A stretch of 59,859 nucleotides of DNA from an uncultured delta proteobacterium (GCA_963752595.1 CAVVYZ010000029.1:1-59859); one strand, 5' to 3'. Shown: positions 10,321 to 20,508, counted from the first letter of the stretch. Notes: generated by a model from the sequence alone, not told the origin. A program made the numbers and translations.

Positions 10321-10435
10321 TCACTTCCTCCTTCTAATAATTGATTTACTTTTTTCGACCATTACTCCGGCAAATCAGTATAGTGAAACGCTTACGGAAT
10401 TTCGGCCTAAAGATGGAGCAAAGCTGGCTGATATC

Positions 10436-10466
10436 AAAAAAGGAACCGGGGTGTTCCCCGGTTCCC
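10436..10466 (-). terminator. Intrinsic terminator after the porin gene
   Basis: Minus strand GGGAACCGGGG-AACA-CCCCGGTTCC-TTTTTT. Confidence 0.8.
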
Positions 10467-10496
10467 ACGAGGTGGGATCTTGTAACGGGTAATTCT

Positions 10497-11627
10497 TTAG
10501 AAGCTGATCTGCCACTTGGCACCGAAGTAGGTCGTATCCTTTTTCTCGTCTTTGCCGTCGGAACCGTCACCGTAATCAAGCACGCCAACCTCAGGCACTA
10601 CGATGAACGGTCCATATACAGGCACTGTAACATTCATGTAGTATGCCATCGCCGTGTTCTTATCGGAACCGCTTTCATCATACTCAGAGGAAACATAACC
10701 TACCCCTGCTTCCACCGTGTACTTGTCGATCTTCGTCCCGGCCACAAAATGAGCACCGAAGTTCTCCTCATCCACCAGATCTCCTGTTGCATCAAATTTC
10801 GCACCTGTTCCATCGGTGTGGGCAAGATTGAAGTTCCTCGCATTCTGTGCATAATAAACCTGTGCCCTGATGAATATCGGATCCAGCTTGAGGCCGCCTC
10901 CGATACCTGCTGTCCAGGCATTCACGGTCTTATCGCCGTAGTTGACCCCCCCCATAACGATGTCCTCAACACCGTAAGAGAAAAATCCACCGAACACATC
11001 CGCAAAAAACTTCTCCTGATCGACGTGGTAACGAACTTCGAACTTGGGCATGAGCACGTCCACATCTCCTGTGTCCGCATTCAGATCCGATGATGCCTTG
11101 TCCTCAACAAGTGCGATCTCAAGACCCTTCATTTTGAACTTGATCTGGGGGGTCCTGGTTTCGTAGATCGCTCCCCATCCCAACAAATCAGTGTCATCAA
11201 GAACAACCTGATTGCTGTAGAACATGCTCCCGATCGGCGTCCAGTCCTGCCCAAAGGTGACGGTACCGGCACCAAAGTCGTAAGTCCCATAGATCAACCT
11301 TGTATACACTCCTGAACCGCCGCTTGCTGTCGAATCGTCATCCAACCCAACCTCATACACACCCGTGATCTTGTCCTTGATCATCTTGCCGCCTAACCTG
11401 GCATTGGCCGCCGAATCCCATCTGAGATCCTTATCGTCGCTGTCGGCATTAAGATCCCTGTCATTATAAAAGGTCTGATACCGCGCACTGCCGTAAATCG
11501 TCCAGCTCCCAATAGTCTGTTCCAGCGCCTTTACACGATCTTCAATCGTCTTGTCCTCTGCCGTAACCGGAACAGTGAAAACAAAAACTAAACCAACCGC
11601 AACTAGTAAAATCGTTAGCCTCTTCAT
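10497..11627 (-). CDS. Outer-membrane porin-like beta-barrel protein
   Basis: Signal peptide, short coiled coil, amphipathic beta strands and C-terminal aromatic signature YFGAKWQISF. Confidence 0.8.
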   Translation of the reverse strand: MKRLTILLVAVGLVFVFTVPVTAEDKTIEDRVKALEQTIGSWTIYGSARYQTFYNDRDLNADSDDKDLRWDSAANARLGGKMIKDKITGVYEVGLDDDSTASGGSGVYTRLIYGTYDFGAGTVTFGQDWTPIGSMFYSNQVVLDDTDLLGWGAIYETRTPQIKFKMKGLEIALVEDKASSDLNADTGDVDVLMPKFEVRYHVDQEKFFADVFGGFFSYGVEDIVMGGVNYGDKTVNAWTAGIGGGLKLDPIFIRAQVYYAQNARNFNLAHTDGTGAKFDATGDLVDEENFGAHFVAGTKIDKYTVEAGVGYVSSEYDESGSDKNTAMAYYMNVTVPVYGPFIVVPEVGVLDYGDGSDGKDEKKDTTYFGAKWQISF

Positions 11628-11845
11628 GTTGATTCTCCTCTTTATGTATTACATTTTTTTACTTCCCAGTAAGTAGTTTGGAGAAAACAAGGGTTAGCGC
11701 GGCAAATGCCCCATCCATCTCAATACTTCAATACTGAGATCAGCCCTGTTCAAATCATCTCATTCTTCTTTTATGGATAGCTCGCCTGCACTATTCGCTC
11801 CTTATGTCCTTGAACTCCTGTTCCTGAATTCACCCGGTTAACTAG

Positions 11846-11918
11846 AAAAAGGCACTTTTGTAGGATTTCGTGCCCATGAGCGTATCCTTCGGTTCAGCTC
11901 AAACCAAAGGATACGCCC
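11846..11918 (-). terminator. Tandem hairpins after the dehydratase gene (stabiliser and/or terminator)
   Basis: Long stem GAGCGTATCCTTCGGTT/AACCAAAGGATACGCCC, followed on the minus strand by GGCAC..GTGCC-TTTTT. Confidence 0.55.
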
Positions 11919-11942
11919 CTTCTTCCTAAACAAAATCCTTGC

Positions 11943-13415
11943 TTAATACCAAGAACGCTTCTCCCGGAATATACCCTTCGTTGAACCTTCAAATTTTATC
12001 CCGGCAAGCTTCTTGACAATGTTTTTCGAATGCTCAAAATTATGATCCCGGTAAATGGCTACCTTCTCGATCACCGGGGATCCGCCACCATGAAGCGCAT
12101 CGATGAGTTTATGCCCCCCCCATACCGAGGACATCATGTCCTGGAAGAGCCGGAAGGCACGGTGCTGGTTTTCGGCCGAGATGTCGGGATTGCGCATGAT
12201 GTACTTTTCCAGATAGGGTCCTGTCTTTTCATTATAGAAGTCTTCCTCATGAGGCAGCGTCGCTGACAAACCGCCCGCAATGGCTGCCAGGGCTTCATAT
12301 TCCCCGTAAATTGCCTCTCCTGCCAGCATGCGTCCGGCATTACAGTAATTTGTATCGGGTATGCAGGTGCCGCAACCGGCCTTTGTACTGTTCATGGCTG
12401 CCCCAAGGCCTGATGCATAAATCAGGTCGACAACCTGGATCATTTCAGCCAGCTTATGGCGCACATGCTGGGCTTTCTCGATGCCGTTGTATTCGGCCGC
12501 AAGGGCTGTCGCCCCGGTGTATATTTCTGAAACAGCTGCTTTGCAGCCTGTGTAACTGTGCCGATGATACAGGGCAAAGAAGAGGGCCGCTTTCCCTGCC
12601 TGTTCCGTTTCACCGCAGAGGAAGACACGATCCCAGGGAACGAAGACGTGGTCAAAAATCGTCATGGAGTGAGATTCACCCTGTCTGTTGTAAGGTGCGT
12701 CAAGGCGTTTGCGTTGCGGCGGATTGAAGGCGCCGTTGATGAGCGTGACGCCCTCGGTATCGGCGGGGATCGAGAAGGCCACGGCCCAGTCTGCCTCGTC
12801 GGAAACCATGTTTCGGGTGGGCAAAACAACGATCTCGTCAGCATAAGCTGAGCAAGAATTGTGGGCTTTGGCGCCGTTGACGATGATGCCGTCAGCGCGT
12901 TTCTCCACGACCCGCAGATAGAGGTCAGGGTCTTTCTGCTTACCGGGGCGCCAGACACGGTTTCCCTTGACATCGGTCTGTGCGCAGACCAGAGAAAGAT
13001 CCTCCGCCTGTACCTTTTTCATGAATTCGATGAAATTTTTGTAATAACTCGTGCCATGCTGCTGATCCGCATCATAGCTGGCGATGGACAGGGCATTCAG
13101 GGCGTCGATGCCCATGCAACGCTGGACACAGCCGCCGATCTCCTGACAATACAGTCGCGTCATCTTCTGCTTGTTCAACAGATCTTCCATATTCTGATGA
13201 ATATGGGTAAAACGGTTGATCTTTTCCCCCGTGATATGGGAAGTGGCGACACCGACCCCGTCGTACTCCGGGTCAACCGCGAAATCATACGTGGCGGCAA
13301 TGACATTGATGCCGCCGATGATACTCTGGTCAAAGCGGTCAACCAACTTTCCCCCTTGATAAATATTTGGCTTAAGTTTCGCCATCCTATCCTTATACTC
13401 TTTACTTGAAATCAT
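11943..13415 (-). CDS. 4-hydroxybutyryl-CoA dehydratase / vinylacetyl-CoA isomerase-like protein (AbfD/HpaB family; FAD and 4Fe-4S)
   Basis: GGCVQRC and YHRHSYTGCK retain the Cys/Cys/His/Cys cluster ligands of AbfD; QTDVKGNR, DPDLYLRVVE and LHGGGSP motifs. Confidence 0.85.
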   Translation of the reverse strand: MISSKEYKDRMAKLKPNIYQGGKLVDRFDQSIIGGINVIAATYDFAVDPEYDGVGVATSHITGEKINRFTHIHQNMEDLLNKQKMTRLYCQEIGGCVQRCMGIDALNALSIASYDADQQHGTSYYKNFIEFMKKVQAEDLSLVCAQTDVKGNRVWRPGKQKDPDLYLRVVEKRADGIIVNGAKAHNSCSAYADEIVVLPTRNMVSDEADWAVAFSIPADTEGVTLINGAFNPPQRKRLDAPYNRQGESHSMTIFDHVFVPWDRVFLCGETEQAGKAALFFALYHRHSYTGCKAAVSEIYTGATALAAEYNGIEKAQHVRHKLAEMIQVVDLIYASGLGAAMNSTKAGCGTCIPDTNYCNAGRMLAGEAIYGEYEALAAIAGGLSATLPHEEDFYNEKTGPYLEKYIMRNPDISAENQHRAFRLFQDMMSSVWGGHKLIDALHGGGSPVIEKVAIYRDHNFEHSKNIVKKLAGIKFEGSTKGIFREKRSWY

Positions 13416-13431
13416 TTTCGTATCCTCCGTT

Positions 13432-15180
13432 CTATTTTATTCCCAGTTCCTGTTTGATTAGCTCGCGCAACTTGTATTTTTCGATTTTACTGGTTGGGGT
13501 TTCCGGCAGCTGCTCAACGAAGCGTATATATTTGGGCCACATAAATTTCGGCATTGCTTTCTTAATCCATTCCCTCATTTCCTCTTCACCCAGTTTCTCT
13601 CCCGGATTGGGCACAATGAACGTAACGATGTCCTGCTCACCTCCGACCTCGGCAGGAATCGGGAAGGCACCGCAAATGTTCACTTTAGGGTGCCCATTTA
13701 TAATATCTTCCACCTGGTAAGAAGAAACAAACTCACCCTTTACCCGAATTACACTTCCCATCCTATCCACGAAGAAATAAACGCCCTCGTTGTTTTTGAA
13801 ACAGGCATCTCCCGTATGGAACCAAAGATTTCTAAAGGCTTTCACCGTGGCTTCCGGTTTATTGAAATACTCTTTCACAAACAGGCTCGGGAATCTGGGT
13901 CTGAAAACCAATTCTCCGGCTTCCCCAGGGGCGCATTCTTCATCCAGATCATTCAATATATTGGCTTCAAACAAAAGGGAGGGCTTCCCCAAAATTCCCT
14001 TTGTCTCTTCTTTTTTTGCATCCACGATGCAAATATTGAATTTGTTCGCTATGCTGAAAATTTCTTCCTTTGACATCCCCTTATACAGATCCGGAGGTGT
14101 TCCCTGTTCATCTTTCAGCTCATCGATGATACAGATAGATCCACTCCCCGTTTCTGTCTGCCCGAACCCTGTAATAACGAAATCGAAGCCGAATCGTTTT
14201 GCAACATCATGATGATACTGGGGCATAGGAGCCATATAGACTTTATTCAAAGTGTTCTTGTAGTCATCAGGGGTTTCCGGCGTATTCATCAACCAGGGAA
14301 CCATGACATCCAGCAAGACAGCTGATGTGGACCCACTCTTTTTGACTCGTGCCCAGAAATCCTTGATGCTGAATTTATCCCAAACAGCACATTCACATCC
14401 TACCCAAAGTGCTCTGACAAGGTTGAAAAATGCCCCGGCCACATGATAGAGGGGAAGATCGCTGTATATGACATCTTCCTGATTAAATATTCGCCTCCAG
14501 TTGAAGACATAATTGTTTAACCAACGATAAGTTTGGACAACTCCCTTTGGTGAGCCTGTGGTCCCGGAGGTGTAGATGATATTCGCCGTATCCATATAAC
14601 ATAATTCAGTATCTAAATTGGACGTTTCCCCCTTGGTCATTTCCTCAAAAGAAATCTCTGAATAAAATTTGTCCAAAAATATATTTCCAAGATCCGGTTT
14701 GTAATCGTGATCCTTTTCTTTTGGGGTGTACACAATGACATTGGATGTATCGAACTCCCCCTTCACGTCATTCAATAAGGGGATTAATTCTCGTTCGATG
14801 AAAATTGCTTTAGGACTTGAATCTTTGATTTGGTAGGCTAGAAGCCGACCCTTATAATTAAAATTGATCGGACAAAATACTGCTCCTGTTTTCCATATTC
14901 CGAACATAACCGTTGCAGTAATCAAAGGGTTTTTCAAAAAAACACAAATTCTATCGCCCTTATTTATGCCCAAAGATCTGAGGTTATGACCGATACTGTT
15001 AGCGATCTGATTGAATTCGTTAAAAGTCAGCTTAAGATCTTCTTCTCCATAATAAATAAACGTTCGATCTTTTGCTTCCAGAGCCCATTTCTCCAATATA
15101 TGGGTTACGATTTCTCCGTCTTTCGTCAATTCATTCTTGATATCGTTGTAATTCATAATCACCTCTCTCGTTGCTATCAT
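13432..15180 (-). CDS. ATP-dependent acyl-CoA ligase (CaiC-like)
   Basis: YTSGTTGSPKG, GFGQTE, NLWFHTGD and LPETPTSKI motifs. Confidence 0.9.
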   Translation of the reverse strand: MIATREVIMNYNDIKNELTKDGEIVTHILEKWALEAKDRTFIYYGEEDLKLTFNEFNQIANSIGHNLRSLGINKGDRICVFLKNPLITATVMFGIWKTGAVFCPINFNYKGRLLAYQIKDSSPKAIFIERELIPLLNDVKGEFDTSNVIVYTPKEKDHDYKPDLGNIFLDKFYSEISFEEMTKGETSNLDTELCYMDTANIIYTSGTTGSPKGVVQTYRWLNNYVFNWRRIFNQEDVIYSDLPLYHVAGAFFNLVRALWVGCECAVWDKFSIKDFWARVKKSGSTSAVLLDVMVPWLMNTPETPDDYKNTLNKVYMAPMPQYHHDVAKRFGFDFVITGFGQTETGSGSICIIDELKDEQGTPPDLYKGMSKEEIFSIANKFNICIVDAKKEETKGILGKPSLLFEANILNDLDEECAPGEAGELVFRPRFPSLFVKEYFNKPEATVKAFRNLWFHTGDACFKNNEGVYFFVDRMGSVIRVKGEFVSSYQVEDIINGHPKVNICGAFPIPAEVGGEQDIVTFIVPNPGEKLGEEEMREWIKKAMPKFMWPKYIRFVEQLPETPTSKIEKYKLRELIKQELGIK

Positions 15181-15202
15181 GAATTTTAATCTCGGCCGGG
15201 TC

Positions 15203-15272
15203 TATTCCTCGCAGCTTGCTGCGTTCCTTGAACTTGCTTTTGATACCTCGCATTTTGCTTCCGGGTAATTCT
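15203..15272. repeat. Degenerate REP-like palindrome pair
   Basis: CCTCGCAGCTTGCTGCG and TTTGATACCTCGCATTTTGCTTCCGGG resemble the reverse complement of the 561-684 insertion (TTTGATACCCCGTAGCTTGCTACAG). Confidence 0.5.
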
Positions 15273-15343
15273 TTCAACGATGCCAAAGTTTAACAACTCG
15301 TGGCTTTCTTTCATAAAACTCAATTATTTTTTATTCTGAGATA

Positions 15344-15766
15344 TCATTTTTCTCTTGCCCGCATCATAGCCTTCATTTCCCCTTCCGCAACAGTTTCATT
15401 TCTTTGATTATAGGTTCTGATTTTAAAGACAATGATGCCTTTATCTCTTCTTTTAGTAAGGGATGCTTCAGTGACGACATATTTTATTTTCAGAGTGTCG
15501 CCTGACAACACCGGGGTTTCATACCGCCAAGAATTATTTATAATTCCCATCAGAGTTCCCTCATAGAATCCTTGCCTTGTCATGAGCCCGGCGGAAATCA
15601 TTGTAATAAGCATCTCAGGTGCTGATTGTTCTCCCGAGATAAAATAATCCGGCCAACCTGACATCTCGTTAAATAGTTTAATATCTGTGAGAGTGATTGT
15701 CTTGCCTACACTGCCATCTGATTTTCCGATCGGAAAATCTTCAAAATACAAACCTAATGTTTCCAA
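15344..15766 (-). CDS. MaoC-like (hot-dog) dehydratase subunit
   Basis: LYFEDFPIG, ITLTDI..F..SG, PVLSGDTL and NQRNETV; no clear D-x4-H motif. Confidence 0.8.
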   Translation of the reverse strand: METLGLYFEDFPIGKSDGSVGKTITLTDIKLFNEMSGWPDYFISGEQSAPEMLITMISAGLMTRQGFYEGTLMGIINNSWRYETPVLSGDTLKIKYVVTEASLTKRRDKGIIVFKIRTYNQRNETVAEGEMKAMMRAREK

Positions 15767-15825
15767 GCTTCACTCCTTTTCCCAAAAATATTATTTTTTA
15801 TATATTCGTATTCTCGGTTTGCCTT

Positions 15826-16260
15826 TCACTTTGTTCCTTCTATTTCAATTGTCATTTTTCCCTTAGAGACAGCGTTTTCTTTGTTTTTCTTGACTTCAAA
15901 ATTCATTTTCAATGACTCCAAATTGTTTGAAAGACTGGCCCTCTTTTCAATATTAAAAAATCCCTTTATAACATCTCCGACGTGTACGGCCCCGAGATAA
16001 CTTACATTTATCTCGCTTACTTTTACTTTGCTCGCTGCTCCGAAGTGCATTTTCAGAAGTTGACCGATGGCCATGGATGTTACAGAGTTTCCATGGACGA
16101 TCGTTGTGCCGAAGGGAGACTTTTCCATGCCTGGTTTATTTGTATGAAGTTGAGCATCCCCTTCCCACAAAATGCCCAAAATCAGATTCCTTTCGCTGAA
16201 TAATTGTTCTTCAGTCTCTAAAGTCGTTCCAACTTCAATCTGTTCGAATTTTTTATTCAT
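15826..16260 (-). CDS. MaoC-like (hot-dog) dehydratase subunit
   Basis: GDAQLH..SPFG..IVHG..AVHVGD. Confidence 0.8.
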   Translation of the reverse strand: MNKKFEQIEVGTTLETEEQLFSERNLILGILWEGDAQLHTNKPGMEKSPFGTTIVHGNSVTSMAIGQLLKMHFGAASKVKVSEINVSYLGAVHVGDVIKGFFNIEKRASLSNNLESLKMNFEVKKNKENAVSKGKMTIEIEGTK

Positions 16261-16272
16261 ATATTCTCACCA

Positions 16273-17052
16273 TCACTTTAATTTTTTAAAATCCGGATTC
16301 CTTTTTTCGACAAAAGCCTGCATGCTTTCAATTTGCTCAGGAGTTCCAAAGCACAAGGAGTTTGCCTCTAATTCATAAAAATCAGCCACTGATTCAGGAG
16401 ACTCACTTTGCATGCGCAATACCTGCTTTGCCATCATTAACGCCTTGGGAGACTTCTCAATCAATTTCTTTGCTATCTCATTAGCCTTGTTCATGAGTAA
16501 GTCGTTCGGTACGACCCAGTTAACCAACCCCATCAAATAAGCCTCTTGTGCTTTAATCGTTTCACCGAGCATGACGATTTGGGCTGCTCGAAAGCGTCCC
16601 ACCACCCTTGGAAGATAGGAAGCCCCCTTGATGTGTCCTACATTGATCTCTTGCTGCCCGAATTTTGCTCCCTCAGCAGCAACAATGAGATCAGTAGAAA
16701 AGGCAATCACAGCCCCTCCGCCGAAGGCAAATCCGTTGACAGCTCCGATGATGGGCTTGCTTAAGCCTAACATTTGTTCCCGAACTTCGTGATACCATGT
16801 TGCATACTCTCGATACTGGAACGAATTTTGGTCGGCCATTAAAGAAATATCCGCACCGGCAATGAAAGCCCGCCCGATCCCCGACATTATAATTACCCTG
16901 ATGTCCTGATCTTTTTCTGCATGTTTTAAGGCTTCCGTAATCTCACTTTGCATTTCCGGGATTAAAGAATTCAGCTTTTCCGGACGGTTAAAAAATATGC
17001 TGCAAATCCCTTCAATGGATTCAACTTTTATATAGGTAAATTCTTTTTTCAT
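16273..17052 (-). CDS. Enoyl-CoA hydratase/isomerase (crotonase) family protein
   Basis: NRPEKLNS, AFIAGADI, AVNGFAFGGG, KFGQQEINVG and AFVEKRNPDF. Confidence 0.92.
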   Translation of the reverse strand: MKKEFTYIKVESIEGICSIFFNRPEKLNSLIPEMQSEITEALKHAEKDQDIRVIIMSGIGRAFIAGADISLMADQNSFQYREYATWYHEVREQMLGLSKPIIGAVNGFAFGGGAVIAFSTDLIVAAEGAKFGQQEINVGHIKGASYLPRVVGRFRAAQIVMLGETIKAQEAYLMGLVNWVVPNDLLMNKANEIAKKLIEKSPKALMMAKQVLRMQSESPESVADFYELEANSLCFGTPEQIESMQAFVEKRNPDFKKLK

Positions 17053-17075
17053 TTTATCTCCGATGCGTAAAAACT

Positions 17076-17780
17076 TTATATGCCCAAATACGCTTTTCTG
17101 ACATGATCGTTGTCCAAAAGCTCTTTTCCTTCCCCTTGCATCACGACTTGACCGTTTTCCAATACGTAAGCTCTATGTGCAACGCTTAAGGACCTGTTGA
17201 CGTCTTGTTCCACCAACAATATAGAAACACCGGTTTCATTGATCTTTTGTATTGTTTCAAAAACCTCATTCACTATCTTAGGAGCCAACCCGAACGAAGG
17301 CTCGTCGAGCATCAGCATTTTAGGCTCAGCCATTAATGCCCGAGCTATTGCAAGCATTTGCTGCTCTCCTCCGCTCAGAGTTCCTGCCATCTGATTTTTT
17401 CTTTCCTTTAAGATAGGAAACATATCCATAACTTTATCGAGCAAATTCTTTACTTTTGTTTTATCTTTCTGTACCCATGCACCAAGTAAGAGGTTATCGC
17501 TGACGGACATTTTTGTAAAAATTGACCGTTCACCAGAAACAATCGATAAACCCATTTCTACGATACGATGAGCGGGGGCATTTTGAATTTCGTTACTTAG
17601 TAATTTGATGGTCCCAGACTTCGATGGGATAAAACCACCTATCGAATTTAAGAGAGTTGATTTGCCAGAACCATTTCCTCCAATGACTGAGACGAATTCC
17701 CGGTCTTGGACTACAATGGAAATATCTTTTAATACATGTAACTCGCTGTAATATACATTGATCGATTCTATCTCTAACAT
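17076..17780 (-). CDS. Branched-chain-amino-acid-type ABC transporter ATPase (LivF-like)
   Basis: GGNGSGKST, LSGGEQQM, LDEPS. Confidence 0.93.
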   Translation of the reverse strand: MLEIESINVYYSELHVLKDISIVVQDREFVSVIGGNGSGKSTLLNSIGGFIPSKSGTIKLLSNEIQNAPAHRIVEMGLSIVSGERSIFTKMSVSDNLLLGAWVQKDKTKVKNLLDKVMDMFPILKERKNQMAGTLSGGEQQMLAIARALMAEPKMLMLDEPSFGLAPKIVNEVFETIQKINETGVSILLVEQDVNRSLSVAHRAYVLENGQVVMQGEGKELLDNDHVRKAYLGI

Positions 17781-18527
17781 TGTAATTCCTTCTTTCCCAG
17801 ATAGGCGTCTATTACAGTCTCGTTCCTGACGATTTCTTCCGGTGAGCCTTCTGCGATTTTTTCACCATGGTTCAGGACTATCAACCATTGAGACACATTC
17901 ATTATGAACTTCATGACGTGTTCGATGATCAGTACGGTAAGCCCTTTTGCAGAAAGCTTTTCTATTAAATCTATCATTTCGAGAGTTTCTTTTGGAGTCA
18001 GACCGGATATTGCCTCATCCAAGAGTAAAAGCTTGGGGGAAGTTGCCAATGCTCGACATATTTCCAATTTCTTTCTACTGGCAATAGGCAGCTCTCCGGG
18101 AGTAGAAGCAGCAAAATTATCAAGATCCACTTCCTTTAATAATTCCATTGCCTTATCTTTACACTTATCACAATCATATGAATGTTGCAGCGCACCTATA
18201 ACGACATTTTCTAACACACTCATGTTTGTAAATATTTTCGGTAACTGAAAGGTTCGCCCGATTCGCAAGTGTCGCCCTTTTATATGGATAGAGATTATTT
18301 ATTTCTTTTTGGTTGAATTTTATTACCCCCTTGTCCAAAGGTATGAAACCGCTGATCATATTAAATAATGTAGTCTTGCCCGCTCCATTCGGCCCTATAA
18401 GCCCTATTATTGCACCTCGCTTAATGTTCAGAGTTACTCCCTGCAACGCATGGATGCCGCCAAAACTTTTTGTAATATCTTTGAGTTCAAGAATATTTTC
18501 ACTTTTCTCATTATTAATATTCAACAT
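17774..18527 (-). CDS. ABC ATPase (LivG-like), frameshifted near 18265
   Basis: GPNGAGKTT in 18174-18527 continues as IGRTFQ..LLLLDE..IEH in 17774-18268. Confidence 0.88.
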
Positions 18528-18627
18528 ATTAATATCCTTTTTATAACTGGTTTTATCGTTAACTATCCTGTTTTTTCATATTCTTACAATTTATCGCGTT
18601 TTATTTCCTTTACCAGTTAATTTATCT

Positions 18628-19617
18628 TCAGGGATTAGAAGTTTTTTTAATAAATTTTTCATTTATCAGTGATATCCCTTTCATCATTCCGCCGGGCAAG
18701 AAAAGGATGATAACGATTAAAATTATGCCATAAGCAAAGAAACCAACGGGTGTAAACAATCCACCGATCCAACTACGGAAGAAAGTACTTAATGGAACAA
18801 GTAGACCTGCGCCCAGAATCGGCCCTGCAATTGTCCCCATACCTCCGACAATTGCGAAAACGGCAAACTGAACGGAAAAATCCACGGAAAAAACCATCGC
18901 AGGCTCGATATACCGAGTGTACATGCAATAAAAACCACCGCCGATAGCCGTAAAGAACCCACTTACCGCAAACACGGCAAGTTTTATCCGGAAGGTGTTA
19001 ACCCCCAAACTCTTGGCTGCTTCTTCGTCTCCGCCGGTTGCAAGCAAATAATAGCCAATTCTGGATTTTGTTATCTTAAGGACAACGAAGACCATCAACA
19101 AAAGAAGAATATACGCCAAATAGGTGTAATAAATTTCATTAGTAAAGGTTAAATATTTAAATCCCGGTGTATCAGGAATTGTCGTTCCCAATCCCGAAGA
19201 ACCGAGTCGCCAGTATGTGACGAGAACTCGAAGCGCCTCTGCACAAGCAATCGTGGAAAGCGTAAAAAAGAAAGCTCTTAGTTTGAATGTCGCAAAACCT
19301 ATCAAAAGCGACAATATGAGGCCAAAGATCCCACCCAGAAACATGCCGATCCAGGGCGATACCCCATAGTCGGCATAAAGAATACCTGTTATGTATGCCC
19401 CGATACCAAAGAAAGCCACGTGACCAAGTGAGAATTGTTTCCCAAAACCGGAAATGAGATTCCATGCCTCTGAAAAGAAAGCAAAAATAAACACTAAAGT
19501 CAGCATGTGTAAATAAAAATGTCCTGACGATAAGAGTGGAAGAATACCCAGTACAATCAATAAAATAATTAAAGGGTCCTTGATATATTTTTTCAAGCGA
19601 TTGTATGTTACTATCAC
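18628..19617 (-). CDS. ABC permease (LivM-like)
   Basis: WNLISGFG.QFSLGH.AFFGIGAY, DEEAAKSLGV, GGMGTIAGP. Confidence 0.92.
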   Translation of the reverse strand: MIVTYNRLKKYIKDPLIILLIVLGILPLLSSGHFYLHMLTLVFIFAFFSEAWNLISGFGKQFSLGHVAFFGIGAYITGILYADYGVSPWIGMFLGGIFGLILSLLIGFATFKLRAFFFTLSTIACAEALRVLVTYWRLGSSGLGTTIPDTPGFKYLTFTNEIYYTYLAYILLLLMVFVVLKITKSRIGYYLLATGGDEEAAKSLGVNTFRIKLAVFAVSGFFTAIGGGFYCMYTRYIEPAMVFSVDFSVQFAVFAIVGGMGTIAGPILGAGLLVPLSTFFRSWIGGLFTPVGFFAYGIILIVIILFLPGGMMKGISLINEKFIKKTSNP

Positions 19618-20489
19618 TACGCTCTCCTCTCTTTGATCCCAAATATTCCATTTGGACGGATCATTAAAATTGCCAGGAACATTGCGAAATAAGCAAAGGT
19701 AGTCAGGGTTGAATCAAAATAATATCCCACAAGCATTTCCATCATTGCGATAACGATAGCTCCCACAATGGTGCCCATCAGGCTCCCTATCCCCCCGAGA
19801 ACAACAATAATCCAGCAAAGCAGATTCAAATGAGTACCGATAGTTGGATGAACGCTTTCAAAAGTGACAAGGGAAGTGCCGCTTACTGCGATGCAGCATA
19901 ACCCCAGTCCTGCGGCAATTGCATAAATTTTATGAACATTGATTCCAATCATCATGGCTCCTTTTCGTTGTTCCGAAACGGCTCTGATGGCTCTACCCGT
20001 ATTTGTATAATTTAAGAATAAGAGCAGAACTATTATTAAGATTACGGCAGTTAACGAGCTGTATATATGAGAATAATCTATATACTGACCCCAAATTTGG
20101 AACACGTCTGCACTATAACTTGTGGAAGCACTTTTATAATCCGTTGAGAATAAAAGCATCGCTCCATACTGAAATACAAAGGAAAGACCGAATGTGGCGA
20201 TAATTTGTGATTCTTCGGGAGCATCCAACAATCTTTTAAATAATCCTTTATATACTACTATCCCGAAGATAAAAAATAATGGCACCATTATGATAAGGCC
20301 TACATAGGGGTCAGCCCCAATGAAAAGGCTCACGAAGAGGCCTCCATACATCGCCAGCATAATAAAGTCACCGTGTGCAAAATTAATCAACCCGAGTGTT
20401 CCGAAAACGATCGATAACCCTAACGCCATGAGGGCGTAGGTTGTACCGGTAAGGCAACCATTAATTATCAATTGAACAAAGATTTCCAC
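19617..20489 (-). CDS. ABC permease (LivH-like)
   Basis: YALMALGLSIVFG..INFAHG, GRAIRAVSE, VVLGGIGS; GTG start at 20489 has an RBS. Confidence 0.9.
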   Translation of the reverse strand: MEIFVQLIINGCLTGTTYALMALGLSIVFGTLGLINFAHGDFIMLAMYGGLFVSLFIGADPYVGLIIMVPLFFIFGIVVYKGLFKRLLDAPEESQIIATFGLSFVFQYGAMLLFSTDYKSASTSYSADVFQIWGQYIDYSHIYSSLTAVILIIVLLLFLNYTNTGRAIRAVSEQRKGAMMIGINVHKIYAIAAGLGLCCIAVSGTSLVTFESVHPTIGTHLNLLCWIIVVLGGIGSLMGTIVGAIVIAMMEMLVGYYFDSTLTTFAYFAMFLAILMIRPNGIFGIKERRA

Positions 20490-20508
20490 GGCCTTATCCT
20501 CTACTTTC

